Below are positions 12,245 to 20,695 of a stretch of DNA of 64,000 bases, piece by piece. Source of the stretch: an uncultured Candidatus Rokubacteria bacterium. GTDB lineage: Bacteria; Methylomirabilota; Methylomirabilia; Rokubacteriales; DASRDR01. The first letter of the stretch is position 1; the number at the start of each line of letters is the position of its first letter. The stretch lies in assembly GCA_963826115.1 (NCBI GenBank), contig CAWGVS010000005.1:448001-512000 (forward strand). Reading direction: 5' to 3'. A program made the position numbers and the translations under genes. Below the pieces are notes generated by a model. It was given only the letters and a program-made list of their open reading frames with translations, did not search any database and had not been told where the DNA came from.

Positions 12245-12550
12245 ATGCGATTCATGATCGAGGGCCGGCTCCGTCCGTCGTGCGGGCTCACGCCGGCGGA
12301 GTACTTCGACCTCGCGGTGCGGGAGTGGGAGATGGTCCTGGGCTGGCTCGCCTCCGGCGTCGCCCTCGCCTACGGCCGCCCGGTCTCGGTGCCGGGCGGC
12401 ACGCTCCTGGTCGACGTCGCGTCGGAGGGCGACGCGCGCGCGCTCGCGGCCACGCTGCCGCTCGCGCCCTACGCCGACGTCACGGTCCGCCGGTCGGACC
12501 TGCCGCCGCTCCGCCCGGCACGCCCCCGGCCGGCGCTCGCCTCGGGCTGA
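12245..12550 (+). CDS. Small muconolactone-isomerase-like (dimeric alpha-beta barrel) protein
   Basis: MRFMIE...GGTLLVDVASE...LPLAPYADVTV pattern; SD gggagg upstream. Confidence 0.55.
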   Translation: MRFMIEGRLRPSCGLTPAEYFDLAVREWEMVLGWLASGVALAYGRPVSVPGGTLLVDVASEGDARALAATLPLAPYADVTVRRSDLPPLRPARPRPALASG

Positions 12551-12565
12551 TTCGCCCGGGCCGCG

Positions 12566-13597
12566 TCAGGCCGGCCCGCGGAGATCGGCGAGGCGGCGGA
12601 GCCCGCGCCGCTCGAGGACGGCGAGAAGCGCGCGGTTCACGCGCCGGGGGAAGGTCGGCCCCTCCGTGATGAACGCGGTGAAGCAGCCCACCGCGTCGGC
12701 GCCCGCCTCGATGGCGGCCAGCGCATTCTCCGGGGTGCGGACGCCGCCCGTCGCGATGAGCCCCACGCGCGGGCCGACCGTCCGGCGGAGCTCGCGGATC
12801 GTCTCGAGGACCGTGGGGAAGAGCTCCGGCCCCGAGAGGCCGCCCGCGCGCTGCGAGAGCCGGGGCTCCTCGATCCTTCGGGTGTTGCCGAAGTTGATGG
12901 CGTCGATGCCCGCCTCGAGGGCGGCCGGCACGATGGCGCTCCGGTTCTGGTCGCGGTAGTCGGGGGAGAGCTTCAGGATGACGGGCTTCCGAGTCGCCTC
13001 GCGGACCTGACCGAGGAGGTCGCGGACCCGCGCCGGCGAGCCCGACAGCTCGTACACGAGCCGCGTGTTCGGCGACGAGATGTTGAGCTCCACGAGGTCG
13101 GCGAAGGGCTCGAGCGACTCGACGAGCCGCCGGTATTCCTCCGGGGACTCGCCCGCGACGCTCAGGATGAGGGGTCGCTCGTGGACCAGCCCGGGCAGGG
13201 AGCGCCGGAAAGCCTCGAGCCCCGGGTTCTGGAAGCCGTTGCAGTTGACGAGCCCCGGCCCCGCCGGCGTCGTCACGCGGACCAGGTTGGGCTCGGGGTG
13301 GCCCGGCCGCGGCCCGACGGTGATGCTCTTCGCGGTCACCGCACCGAAGCCGAGGGCCATCGCGCGTCGAAGTATGCGGACGTCGTAGTACATCGAGGAC
13401 AGGATGAGCGGGCCGGGGAGGCGGACGCCGCCGAGGTCGACGGCGAGCCTCAGGTCGTCGACGGCGAGGGCGCGGAGGGGCGCGACGGGGATCGCGCGGA
13501 ACATCGCCTGGCCGACGCGCACCGCCCTGGCCTCGGGGAGGCGGGCGAGCCCGCCGTACACCGCGCGATAGAGCCGATCGGAGAGCGGGAGGCGCAT
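12566..13597 (-). CDS. pyrD: Dihydroorotate dehydrogenase
   Basis: KSIT.GPRPGHPEP, NCNGFQNPG, ELNISSPN, LKLSPD, GGLSG, IATGGV. Confidence 0.85.
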   Translation of the reverse strand: MRLPLSDRLYRAVYGGLARLPEARAVRVGQAMFRAIPVAPLRALAVDDLRLAVDLGGVRLPGPLILSSMYYDVRILRRAMALGFGAVTAKSITVGPRPGHPEPNLVRVTTPAGPGLVNCNGFQNPGLEAFRRSLPGLVHERPLILSVAGESPEEYRRLVESLEPFADLVELNISSPNTRLVYELSGSPARVRDLLGQVREATRKPVILKLSPDYRDQNRSAIVPAALEAGIDAINFGNTRRIEEPRLSQRAGGLSGPELFPTVLETIRELRRTVGPRVGLIATGGVRTPENALAAIEAGADAVGCFTAFITEGPTFPRRVNRALLAVLERRGLRRLADLRGPA

Positions 13598-13797
13598 CAG
13601 GCCGCCGAAGGATACACCCGCGCTCCCGGCGTCGCAACGCCGCGTGGTGCTCGAGGCACCGCCGTCGACAACCTCCACGACGGCCGCTTGACAGCCGGCG
13701 CCCGGACGCCTTAACCATCGGGGGAAGGTCGTGCCGGGCCCCCGGCCGTGCAGCGGACATCCGGCCGCGCTCGGGTCCGGCATGCAGGAGGTCGACC

Positions 13798-14997
13798 ATG
13801 AGGCCCTTCGCTTCACTCATCGGGTCGGCGGCAGTGCTCGCCATCGTCGTGGGTGCGTTACCCCGCCACGCGGAGACCGAGCTGGACTGGAAGGTTGGCG
13901 CCGCCGAGATTTGCGAGACGAAACACTCCTACCACTTCTATCACCGCTTCTCCAGTACGTTCGAGGTCGACGTCGCGGGGCCGATGGACGCCATCGAGAG
14001 CAGCGACGCCGCCTTCCACCCGAAGACGGGCAAGGCCGAGGCCCGCAGCGTCTGGAAATCGGCGATTGGCGCGGACGCCACGCCTTGGCAGGAGCTCGCC
14101 ATGGTCGCCACGTGCGAGGCGGACCCGTGGCTCTTCCCCAAGTCAGTCGCCAAGTGCGGCAACTTCCAGGGCAAGGGCACCTGCACCAAACCCCAGTGCA
14201 CGTCGCCGGACGCCTCTCCGCCGTTTCGGGTCCCGGCCGGTGTCTTCAAGGACAAGCCCCTGCCGGGGAGCGCGATCCCGCGTCCGAAGTTCATCGCGCC
14301 CGCGCAGGACCAGGCGGCGATGGTGCTGGAGGTCCCCGTACAGCTTGAGGCGGGGATGCCCCGCGCGCCCTATTGCTCGGTCCTCGACGTCGCGGGGGTG
14401 GGGTCCGGCGGAGCGACCGTCGCCGCGAGCTGGCGGGTCGCCGACGGACCCGTCAAGGGGGTCGTTTCGTTCGTCGGGAAGCCGCAGGGGAAGTGGATGC
14501 TCACGGCTACCCCCCGGCAGTACACGGGCAAGCCGGATTCCGAGGCCTGGACCCCCGGGACGCCCGAGTCTCGGGGGTTCTACGTCGGCCCCTCCTGGCC
14601 GGGCGCGAAGGAGAAGCCCGTGAGCGTGACCATGCTGAAGGTCATCTCACCGGTTAAGGGCACGAGCGTGCCGGCGAAGGGCGGGGCGCTCACGATCTCG
14701 ATCCACCAGGACCTCCGCAATGCGACGAACCCGAAGCGCGTCACCCTGACCTGGCAGTACGTGGAGTCACCGCTGCCCGGCACCCCCTGGCCCGGGCAGA
14801 GCGTGCTACCGGCGGTCCTGGAGCTCACGCCGCAGATGAAGTCACCCAGCGCGCCGAACAAGGAGTGGCTCAACTACCAGAAGCCGCTGGACTTCACGGG
14901 ACAGACGACGCACAAGAACTGGAAGCTCCGGGCCTGCGTCCGCGCCTACGACTCCGACCTCTGTCAGGAGAGCGCGTTCACACTGGTGGGGTCCTGA
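13798..14997 (+). CDS. Secreted Cys-containing hypothetical protein
   Basis: Strong SD aggagg, signal peptide, 399 aa of non-shadow composition. Confidence 0.75.
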   Translation: MRPFASLIGSAAVLAIVVGALPRHAETELDWKVGAAEICETKHSYHFYHRFSSTFEVDVAGPMDAIESSDAAFHPKTGKAEARSVWKSAIGADATPWQELAMVATCEADPWLFPKSVAKCGNFQGKGTCTKPQCTSPDASPPFRVPAGVFKDKPLPGSAIPRPKFIAPAQDQAAMVLEVPVQLEAGMPRAPYCSVLDVAGVGSGGATVAASWRVADGPVKGVVSFVGKPQGKWMLTATPRQYTGKPDSEAWTPGTPESRGFYVGPSWPGAKEKPVSVTMLKVISPVKGTSVPAKGGALTISIHQDLRNATNPKRVTLTWQYVESPLPGTPWPGQSVLPAVLELTPQMKSPSAPNKEWLNYQKPLDFTGQTTHKNWKLRACVRAYDSDLCQESAFTLVGS

Positions 14998-15049
14998 TCG
15001 GGCCGCCGGCGCGAGGCGGGCGATTTCGCCCGCGCCGGCGGGCTCAGGG

Positions 15050-15077
15050 TTGACTTCGCCCTCTCCCGCCGTAAAAT
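15050..15077 (+). promoter_or_regulatory. sigma70 promoter of tRNA-Val
   Basis: TTGACT-N16-TAAAAT ending 10 bp upstream of the tRNA. Confidence 0.7.
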
Positions 15078-15087
15078 CGGGAGCCAC

Positions 15088-15163
15088 GGACGATTAGCTC
15101 AGTTGGTAGAGCACCGGCCTCACATGCCGGGGGTCGCAGGTTCAAGTCCTGCATCGTCCACCA
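15088..15163 (+). tRNA. tRNA-Val(CAC)
   Basis: 76-nt cloverleaf: acceptor GGACGAT/ATCGTCC, D-arm AGCTCAGTTGGTAGAGC, anticodon arm CCGGC-CTCACAT-GCCGG, T-arm GGTTCAAGTCC, encoded CCA. Confidence 0.97.
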
Positions 15164-15176
15164 CCTGAGAGCTCGA

Positions 15177-15216
15177 GAAACCGGGGAGCCACGCGGCTTC
15201 CCGGTTTCCTTGTTTC
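15177..15216 (+). terminator. Intrinsic terminator hairpin after tRNA
   Basis: GAAACCGGGGAGCC-ACGC-GGCTTCCCGGTTTC followed by CTTGTTT. Confidence 0.7.
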
Positions 15217-15236
15217 CGGCCGCTCCAGCTGGCGCG

Positions 15237-16080
15237 CTACACCGTGATCTCCATGAGATCGGTGCCGAGGACGACCGGGCCGTCGTAGTCGCGCGCCACG
15301 TCGGCGGGGATGGACTGGAGCATTGCGTCGGACATCGGCCGGAAGTGCGTGAGGACCATCTTCTTCACGCGGGCCTGGCGGGCGATCAGGCCCACGGTGT
15401 CGGCGCACGCGATGGTCTCCCGGGCGAGACGCTCGAAGTACGGCGTGGTCAACTCGGCCCGGGCCATGTAGCAGCACTGGACGAGGACGTCCGCGTCGCG
15501 CGCGAGGCGCTCGAGGCCACCGCACTGGACGGCGTCGCCGCTGAAGGCGACGACCTTGCCCTCGGCCTCCGCGCGGTAGCCGAGGCAGACCCAGCGGCGC
15601 CGGAAGGTCTCGGGGTATCCGAGCCCGTGGCCGTGGACGACCGGCTCGGCGAAGACCCGCCAGCTCCCGCCGTCATGGACCAGCCCGCCCGTGACGTCGA
15701 CGCCCTCGACGGGCACCCAGTCCCGCGCGAGCGCGCCCTGCGAGCCGAAGGCGATGTCCCGCTCGTAGACCTGCTCGACGAGCGCGCTCACGATGGACGC
15801 GGTGCCGGGGGGACCCACGACGCGCAGCGGTCGCGTCCGGCCCTGGAGCCAGCCGGTCAGGATGACGTCCGCGAGGTCGCCGATGTGGTCGTAGTGGTGG
15901 TGGGTGAGGAACACCGGGTGGACCTGCTCGATCGGGATGCCGGCCCGGAGGAGCTGGAGGACCACGCCCCGGCCCGCGTCGAAGAGGAGCCGCGCGCCCT
16001 CGATCTCGAGCGCGGCGGCCGATGCGTATCGCCCCGGGGTCGGGGATCGGGCCGCCGGTGCCGAGGAGCGTGAGCTTCAT
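15237..16080 (-). CDS. MBL-fold hydrolase, RNase Z/BN-like (apparent +1 frameshift at 16032-16035)
   Basis: MKLTLLGTG, after correction LLFDAGRG, THHHYDHIGD, FSGD, MVLTHF. Confidence 0.85.
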
Positions 16081-16161
16081 CGCCGAGCTCCGTTCTACCG
16101 CGACCGCCTAGCGGCGGAGGAGAGCGTGCGTGGTGAAGCGGTGGTGCGTGTCAGACGCGCT

Positions 16162-16656
16162 TCACGCGAGGGTGAGGGAGGTCAGGGTTGCCTGGCCCCA
16201 CCCTCCCTTGTCGGGCTTAATGTCCAGGCGCAGATGCGTCACGTCCTCGGCTGAGGCGGACCACACCTCACGCTCGAAGGTCGTGCCGGGCGGGCTAAAA
16301 GTGAACTCCTGCCGCACGAACTCTCGAAAGGTCCGGCCTCCGTCCGCAGAAAGGGATACTGACAGCTCTTGCGTTCGGCTCATCACTGACTCCTCGACCT
16401 CCACCCCGATCTGTCGGATCGTCTGCGGGCGATCGAAAAGGAGGGTCACGGTCTGCTCCCCGGGTCCGTCGGCGATCCAGCGACTGCCTCCGGGGCCCCC
16501 GTTGCCATCGAAGGCATTGTCGATGGGATGGTCAGACCGTTCCGAGGTCACGTGCACGGTGGCCACGTCAGCCACCGAGATGGCGCCCGCGAAGGATACG
16601 GGTGCGCCGGACCGCCTTGGAACGATCTGCTTCCTCAGCATCGGAGGGGCCTCCAT
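16162..16656 (-). CDS. Galactose-binding-like (discoidin/APC10-type) domain protein
   Basis: SDHPIDNAFDG...RWIA...QTVTLLFD...RTQEL...SADGG pattern. Confidence 0.65.
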   Translation of the reverse strand: MEAPPMLRKQIVPRRSGAPVSFAGAISVADVATVHVTSERSDHPIDNAFDGNGGPGGSRWIADGPGEQTVTLLFDRPQTIRQIGVEVEESVMSRTQELSVSLSADGGRTFREFVRQEFTFSPPGTTFEREVWSASAEDVTHLRLDIKPDKGGWGQATLTSLTLA

Positions 16657-16692
16657 GAGTCGAGCATTCGAATTCCGAACTCCCTGAGTGTA

Positions 16693-17172
16693 TTATCGCG
16701 GCCGCTCTTTCGTCAGCCGATCTTCGGCCTCGCCGATGTAGGCGGCGATCGTATTGCCGGTCTCATGAATATCGCGCCGCAGGGCGGCTTCGGCCTGTCC
16801 CACGCGCTCGACGACCCGCTGGGCCGCCTCGGCGGGCGCCGCCTTCAGCTGGGTCAGCTCGTCGTCCAGATGCTTGCGCAGCTCGGTGAAGCGCGACGCC
16901 TCGGCGTCATCGGCCAACTTGCGCTGCGCGAGCAGCTCCCGGCCGGACCGCCTCGCTTCGACGAGGGCGGCCGTCTCGAGCCCGAGTACGAACAGCAGAT
17001 AGAGCACCGTGAGGACCGCCGTGGCGGTGAGGAGGATCAGGCCCGGGGGGGCCTCGACGCGGGTCACCAGCAGATGCAGCGGCGCCGGGGCGGCAAGCGT
17101 TTCCCAGTTCAGCGCGGCGAAGGTGCCGAGCACCGTGAGCACGATTACGACCAGAAGAATCTGTGCGCGCAT
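16693..17172 (-). CDS. LapA/DUF1049-like membrane protein with coiled-coil tail
   Basis: Two TM helices with FAALNW...APPGLILL; SD aaggagg. Confidence 0.7.
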   Translation of the reverse strand: MRAQILLVVIVLTVLGTFAALNWETLAAPAPLHLLVTRVEAPPGLILLTATAVLTVLYLLFVLGLETAALVEARRSGRELLAQRKLADDAEASRFTELRKHLDDELTQLKAAPAEAAQRVVERVGQAEAALRRDIHETGNTIAAYIGEAEDRLTKERPR

Positions 17173-17521
17173 CGGGCACCTCCTTGGCGGTCGTGACCCG
17201 GGCGGTCGCGGCCTGGGCGGCGACGGGGTGGCACGCCGGTCTCGGTCGAGGCCGCCGGTGAGTGGTCATCACTGGAGCCCCCGGACCGGATCAGGCTCCG
17301 TGGAACGACCGCCGACGGAGGCGCGCCGACTCGTCGACCACAGCCGGCGTCACCGAGGTGTGCCGACGTCCCAGCCCGCATACAGGAGGGTACACCACAT
17401 CGGACGGCGCCGGGCGTCGCGTCAGCGCCCGGGCCCAGGGAGCGATCTCCGGTCGTGGATGGGCTATAGTCGAACCCGGCGCACGAGCCGGGCGCGGAGC
17501 CCGATCGCACAGGAGGGTTGC

Positions 17522-18289
17522 ATGTCGAGCGTGACCAGCGGGGGAGCGGGCCGGAGGGGCGAGTCGATGGAGTGGCAGCTGCGCGTCGATCTGGCTGCGG
17601 CGTTCCGGCTGTCGGCCGACCTCGGCTGGCACGAGGCGGTGGCGAACCACTTCAGCCTGGCGGTGACGTCGGACGGGAAGAAGTTCCTGATGAACCCGAG
17701 GTGGCGGCACTTCGCCCGCGTCAAGGCGAGCGAGCTCCTCCTGCTCGACTCCGACGACAAGGAGACGATGAGCCGCCCCGACGCGCCGGACGCGTCTGCC
17801 TGGTGCATCCACGGGCACCTTCACGGCGCCTTGCCCCAGGCGCGCTGCATCCTCCACTGCCACCCGCCCTACGCGACGGCCATCGCGTCGCTCGCCGATC
17901 CCGAGCTCAAGCCGATCGAGCAGAACACCGCCCGCTACTACCGGCGCTACGCGATCGACCGGGAGTTCGGCGGCATTGCCGACAACGACGAGGAGGGGCG
18001 GCGCCTGGTGCGGGTGATTGGCGACAAGAAGCACGTGATCATGGGGAACCACGGGGTCCTGGTCATGGCGGACACCGTCGCGGAGGCCTTCGACAACCTG
18101 TACTACCTCGAGCGGGCCTGCCAGACGCTGGTCCTCGCCTACTCCACGGGCCAGAAGCTGAAGGTTCTCTCGCACGAGATCGCCGAGGCGACCGCGCGCG
18201 GCTGGGAGGAGTACAAGGACGCGGCGTTCGCCCACTTCGATCAGCTGAAGGCGATCCTCGACGCCAAGGACCCCTCGTACAAGGACTGA
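17522..18289 (+). CDS. Class II aldolase/adducin family protein
   Basis: LRVDLAAAFR, NHFS, IHGHLH, CILHCHP, MGNHGVL, YYLERACQ; SD aggagg. Confidence 0.9.
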   Translation: MSSVTSGGAGRRGESMEWQLRVDLAAAFRLSADLGWHEAVANHFSLAVTSDGKKFLMNPRWRHFARVKASELLLLDSDDKETMSRPDAPDASAWCIHGHLHGALPQARCILHCHPPYATAIASLADPELKPIEQNTARYYRRYAIDREFGGIADNDEEGRRLVRVIGDKKHVIMGNHGVLVMADTVAEAFDNLYYLERACQTLVLAYSTGQKLKVLSHEIAEATARGWEEYKDAAFAHFDQLKAILDAKDPSYKD

Positions 18290-18330
18290 CCGGATCGGCG
18301 GCCGGCGCCGCCGTCAGCGAGCGAGCGGCG

Positions 18331-19224
18331 CTAGCTCCAGCTGAGGAGCCGGCAGAGGTCGCTCGTGAGATCGGTCAGCTGGAAGCAGCCCCGGCGCCCG
18401 CCGAGCCGCGACCGGACGTCGCCCGCCCAGTCGGCGCCGAGCTTGACGCCGATCAAGTCCCGGACTCGCTCCTGCGGCTCGTTGCAGATGCCGAGATAGG
18501 GCAGGCGGGGAGTCAGGACCCGGGCCGCCCGGATCTCGTGGCTCGCCTGGTCCACGTCGTACCAGAGCTCGAACCCGTGGACCTGGTCGAACATCGACTG
18601 GTAGAGGGAGAGCGCCCCTCCCGCGCGGGCCACGTGGCTCCGCTTGTAGCGGTGGAACACGAACGGCCGGCCCGGAGGCGACGCGTACATCTCCACGGTG
18701 GCCGGGGTGCGGACGTGCCGCTCCTGGAAGAGCGCCCGCGTCTCCTCGCGGTAGGTGAAGCAGAGGTCGATGAGCTCGGGCCAGGCCTCGAGGTCGAGCT
18801 GATGGAACTCCGCCGGACCGAGCTCCCGTGAGCCCGGGAGGGCCATCCGCGTCACCTGCCGGGACAGCCGGGCCGCCTCGAGAGCGGTGTCGAGCAGGTG
18901 GCCGGCGAGCGGGTGCTCGCCGAGCGCCGCCGCCACCTGGCGCCGGAAGCCGGCGGCGATGCGGAGGGTGCCGATTGCCCGGAAGGCATCGAGGAGCTCG
19001 CCGCAGCGCGCCCGCGTCTCCGGTGAGCGCGCGGTCGCCGTCGCCTCGGACAGCTGATAGCTCGGCGACGGCTCCGCGACCAGGCTGACCTCCAGGTCCG
19101 CGATCCCGTCAGTCAGCCGGGCGTTCAGCCGCAGGAGCGAGCGGTCGAGGGTGTCGACCCACCCCGTGACGATCCGCTCGTAGGGGCCGCGTCCCCCGGC
19201 GAGGAAGCGACAGTCGACCGTCAC
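18331..19224 (-). CDS. Tandem DUF2889-like domain protein
   Basis: Two repeats with C...LRIAAGFRRQVAAALG...HL and PYLGIC...VRSRLGGRRGCFQLTDL; GTG start immediately after upstream stop. Confidence 0.65.
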   Translation of the reverse strand: MTVDCRFLAGGRGPYERIVTGWVDTLDRSLLRLNARLTDGIADLEVSLVAEPSPSYQLSEATATARSPETRARCGELLDAFRAIGTLRIAAGFRRQVAAALGEHPLAGHLLDTALEAARLSRQVTRMALPGSRELGPAEFHQLDLEAWPELIDLCFTYREETRALFQERHVRTPATVEMYASPPGRPFVFHRYKRSHVARAGGALSLYQSMFDQVHGFELWYDVDQASHEIRAARVLTPRLPYLGICNEPQERVRDLIGVKLGADWAGDVRSRLGGRRGCFQLTDLTSDLCRLLSWS

Positions 19225-19225
19225 C

Positions 19226-20659
19226 TCAGCGACCCGTGACCATCCCGTCGACGTGCTTGGCCGCGCGGCCGAGATCGTACTCGCGGTACATCTGGAGCCA
19301 CTCGGCCGCGGGGGACCCGGAGCCGTGGATGATCTCCACGTCCCACCATCCCGCGTACTCCGAGGCGGTGAGGTCCCGGATGAACCGGAAGAGGCGCATG
19401 CGGTCCTCGGCGGTGCCGGTCGCCCCCGCGTAGTACTTGTCGAAGTAAGGCTTGAGCTCCGGGGCCCGCTGGTCCTCGATCGCCGGCAGCGTCTCGACCG
19501 CGCCGCCCGCGATCTCGAGCAGGAGCCGTGTCGCCAGGTAGTGCCCCTCCATGGCGACGTGCTTTCCCGTGTTCGCGTAGACTGCGTCGGGCACCGCGAC
19601 ACCGGGCTCCAGGATGGTCGCGTGCATCGAGGCGGCCACGCCCGTGCTCCAGATGAGCGCCTGGAGCTTGATGAGCTGGGTGATCTTGTCGCGGATGTGC
19701 GGCGCGTCGGCCACGCCGTTGAGCTCGGCGATGCGGTGCGCCGCGCCGATGAAGATGTCGAGCTTCCCGACGTCGGCTCCGAGGTAGCCCTGCCGGTTGA
19801 CGCTCGCGAAGATGTTGGCCATGTCGCCGGAATGCTGCCACTCGCCGCACAGGAACACCCGCTCCCAGGGGACGAACACGTCCTCGAAGATCGTGAACGT
19901 CTCGAGCAGCTGGTCCTTCCGCGTCATGGGCGACGTCTCGGGGTCCTTGATGTTGGCCTCGCGCGCGATCAGCTTCACGCCGGGAGCGTCGACCGGGACG
20001 GCGCAGGACACCGCGTAGTCGGCGTCCTCCCGCCGCATCGCCCGGGTCGGGGCGACGATCAGCTCCTCGGCGGCCACCGCGCCGGACGTGTGCATCTTGC
20101 AGCCCCGGATGACGATGCCGTCGGCGCGGCGCTCGACGACCCGGAGGTAGGCTTCCTTGTTCGGCTGCTCGGCCGGTCTGAGACGGCGGTCCCCCTTGGG
20201 ATCCGTGATGGCCGCCGAGGTCATGATCTGATCCCGCTGGAACCGTCGGATGTAGCTCCGCACGCGCTCCAGGTACTCGCCCTTCCCTTCGCGTGCGAGC
20301 GTGGAGGCGACGACGTAGAGCGCGGCCAGCTCGTCCCGCCCGATCGTCGCGTACCCCGCGGCGGGGGAGACGCGCGAGACCTGCCGGGCGACCATGATGT
20401 TGTCGAGGAGGTCGTCCTTCGTCGCGGGGATCGACCAGAAGGGATGGCAGGGCGCCCCGTCGATCGACACGATGCGCGGCAGCGCCCGCTGGACCTCCGG
20501 ATCGCGCACGCAGTCGTAGATCCACGTGCCCCAGCAGTGCCGGGTGGGCGCGAAGCCCTCGTGACTCACGCGGTCCGCGATGCGCTCGCCCCCGCAGTAC
20601 ACGACGGGCCGCTGCTCCCGGAGGGCGGCAAGATAGGCTGCGCTGGTCCTGAACGCCAT
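19226..20659 (-). CDS. 4-hydroxybutyryl-CoA dehydratase / HpaB superfamily flavoprotein lacking Fe-S ligands
   Basis: TDPKGDR..RP.EQ, VVERRADGIVIRGCK.H, FEDVFVPWERVFLCGE, HGSGSP. Confidence 0.88.
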   Translation of the reverse strand: MAFRTSAAYLAALREQRPVVYCGGERIADRVSHEGFAPTRHCWGTWIYDCVRDPEVQRALPRIVSIDGAPCHPFWSIPATKDDLLDNIMVARQVSRVSPAAGYATIGRDELAALYVVASTLAREGKGEYLERVRSYIRRFQRDQIMTSAAITDPKGDRRLRPAEQPNKEAYLRVVERRADGIVIRGCKMHTSGAVAAEELIVAPTRAMRREDADYAVSCAVPVDAPGVKLIAREANIKDPETSPMTRKDQLLETFTIFEDVFVPWERVFLCGEWQHSGDMANIFASVNRQGYLGADVGKLDIFIGAAHRIAELNGVADAPHIRDKITQLIKLQALIWSTGVAASMHATILEPGVAVPDAVYANTGKHVAMEGHYLATRLLLEIAGGAVETLPAIEDQRAPELKPYFDKYYAGATGTAEDRMRLFRFIRDLTASEYAGWWDVEIIHGSGSPAAEWLQMYREYDLGRAAKHVDGMVTGR

Positions 20660-20695
20660 GACGGTGGCCTCCTGGGCGGGTGCCGGCCGGGCACC

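Noticed and set aside
19226-20659. Marker of 4-hydroxybutyrate CO2-fixation cycles
   Set aside because: Fe-S ligands appear absent and no other cycle genes are present in the window
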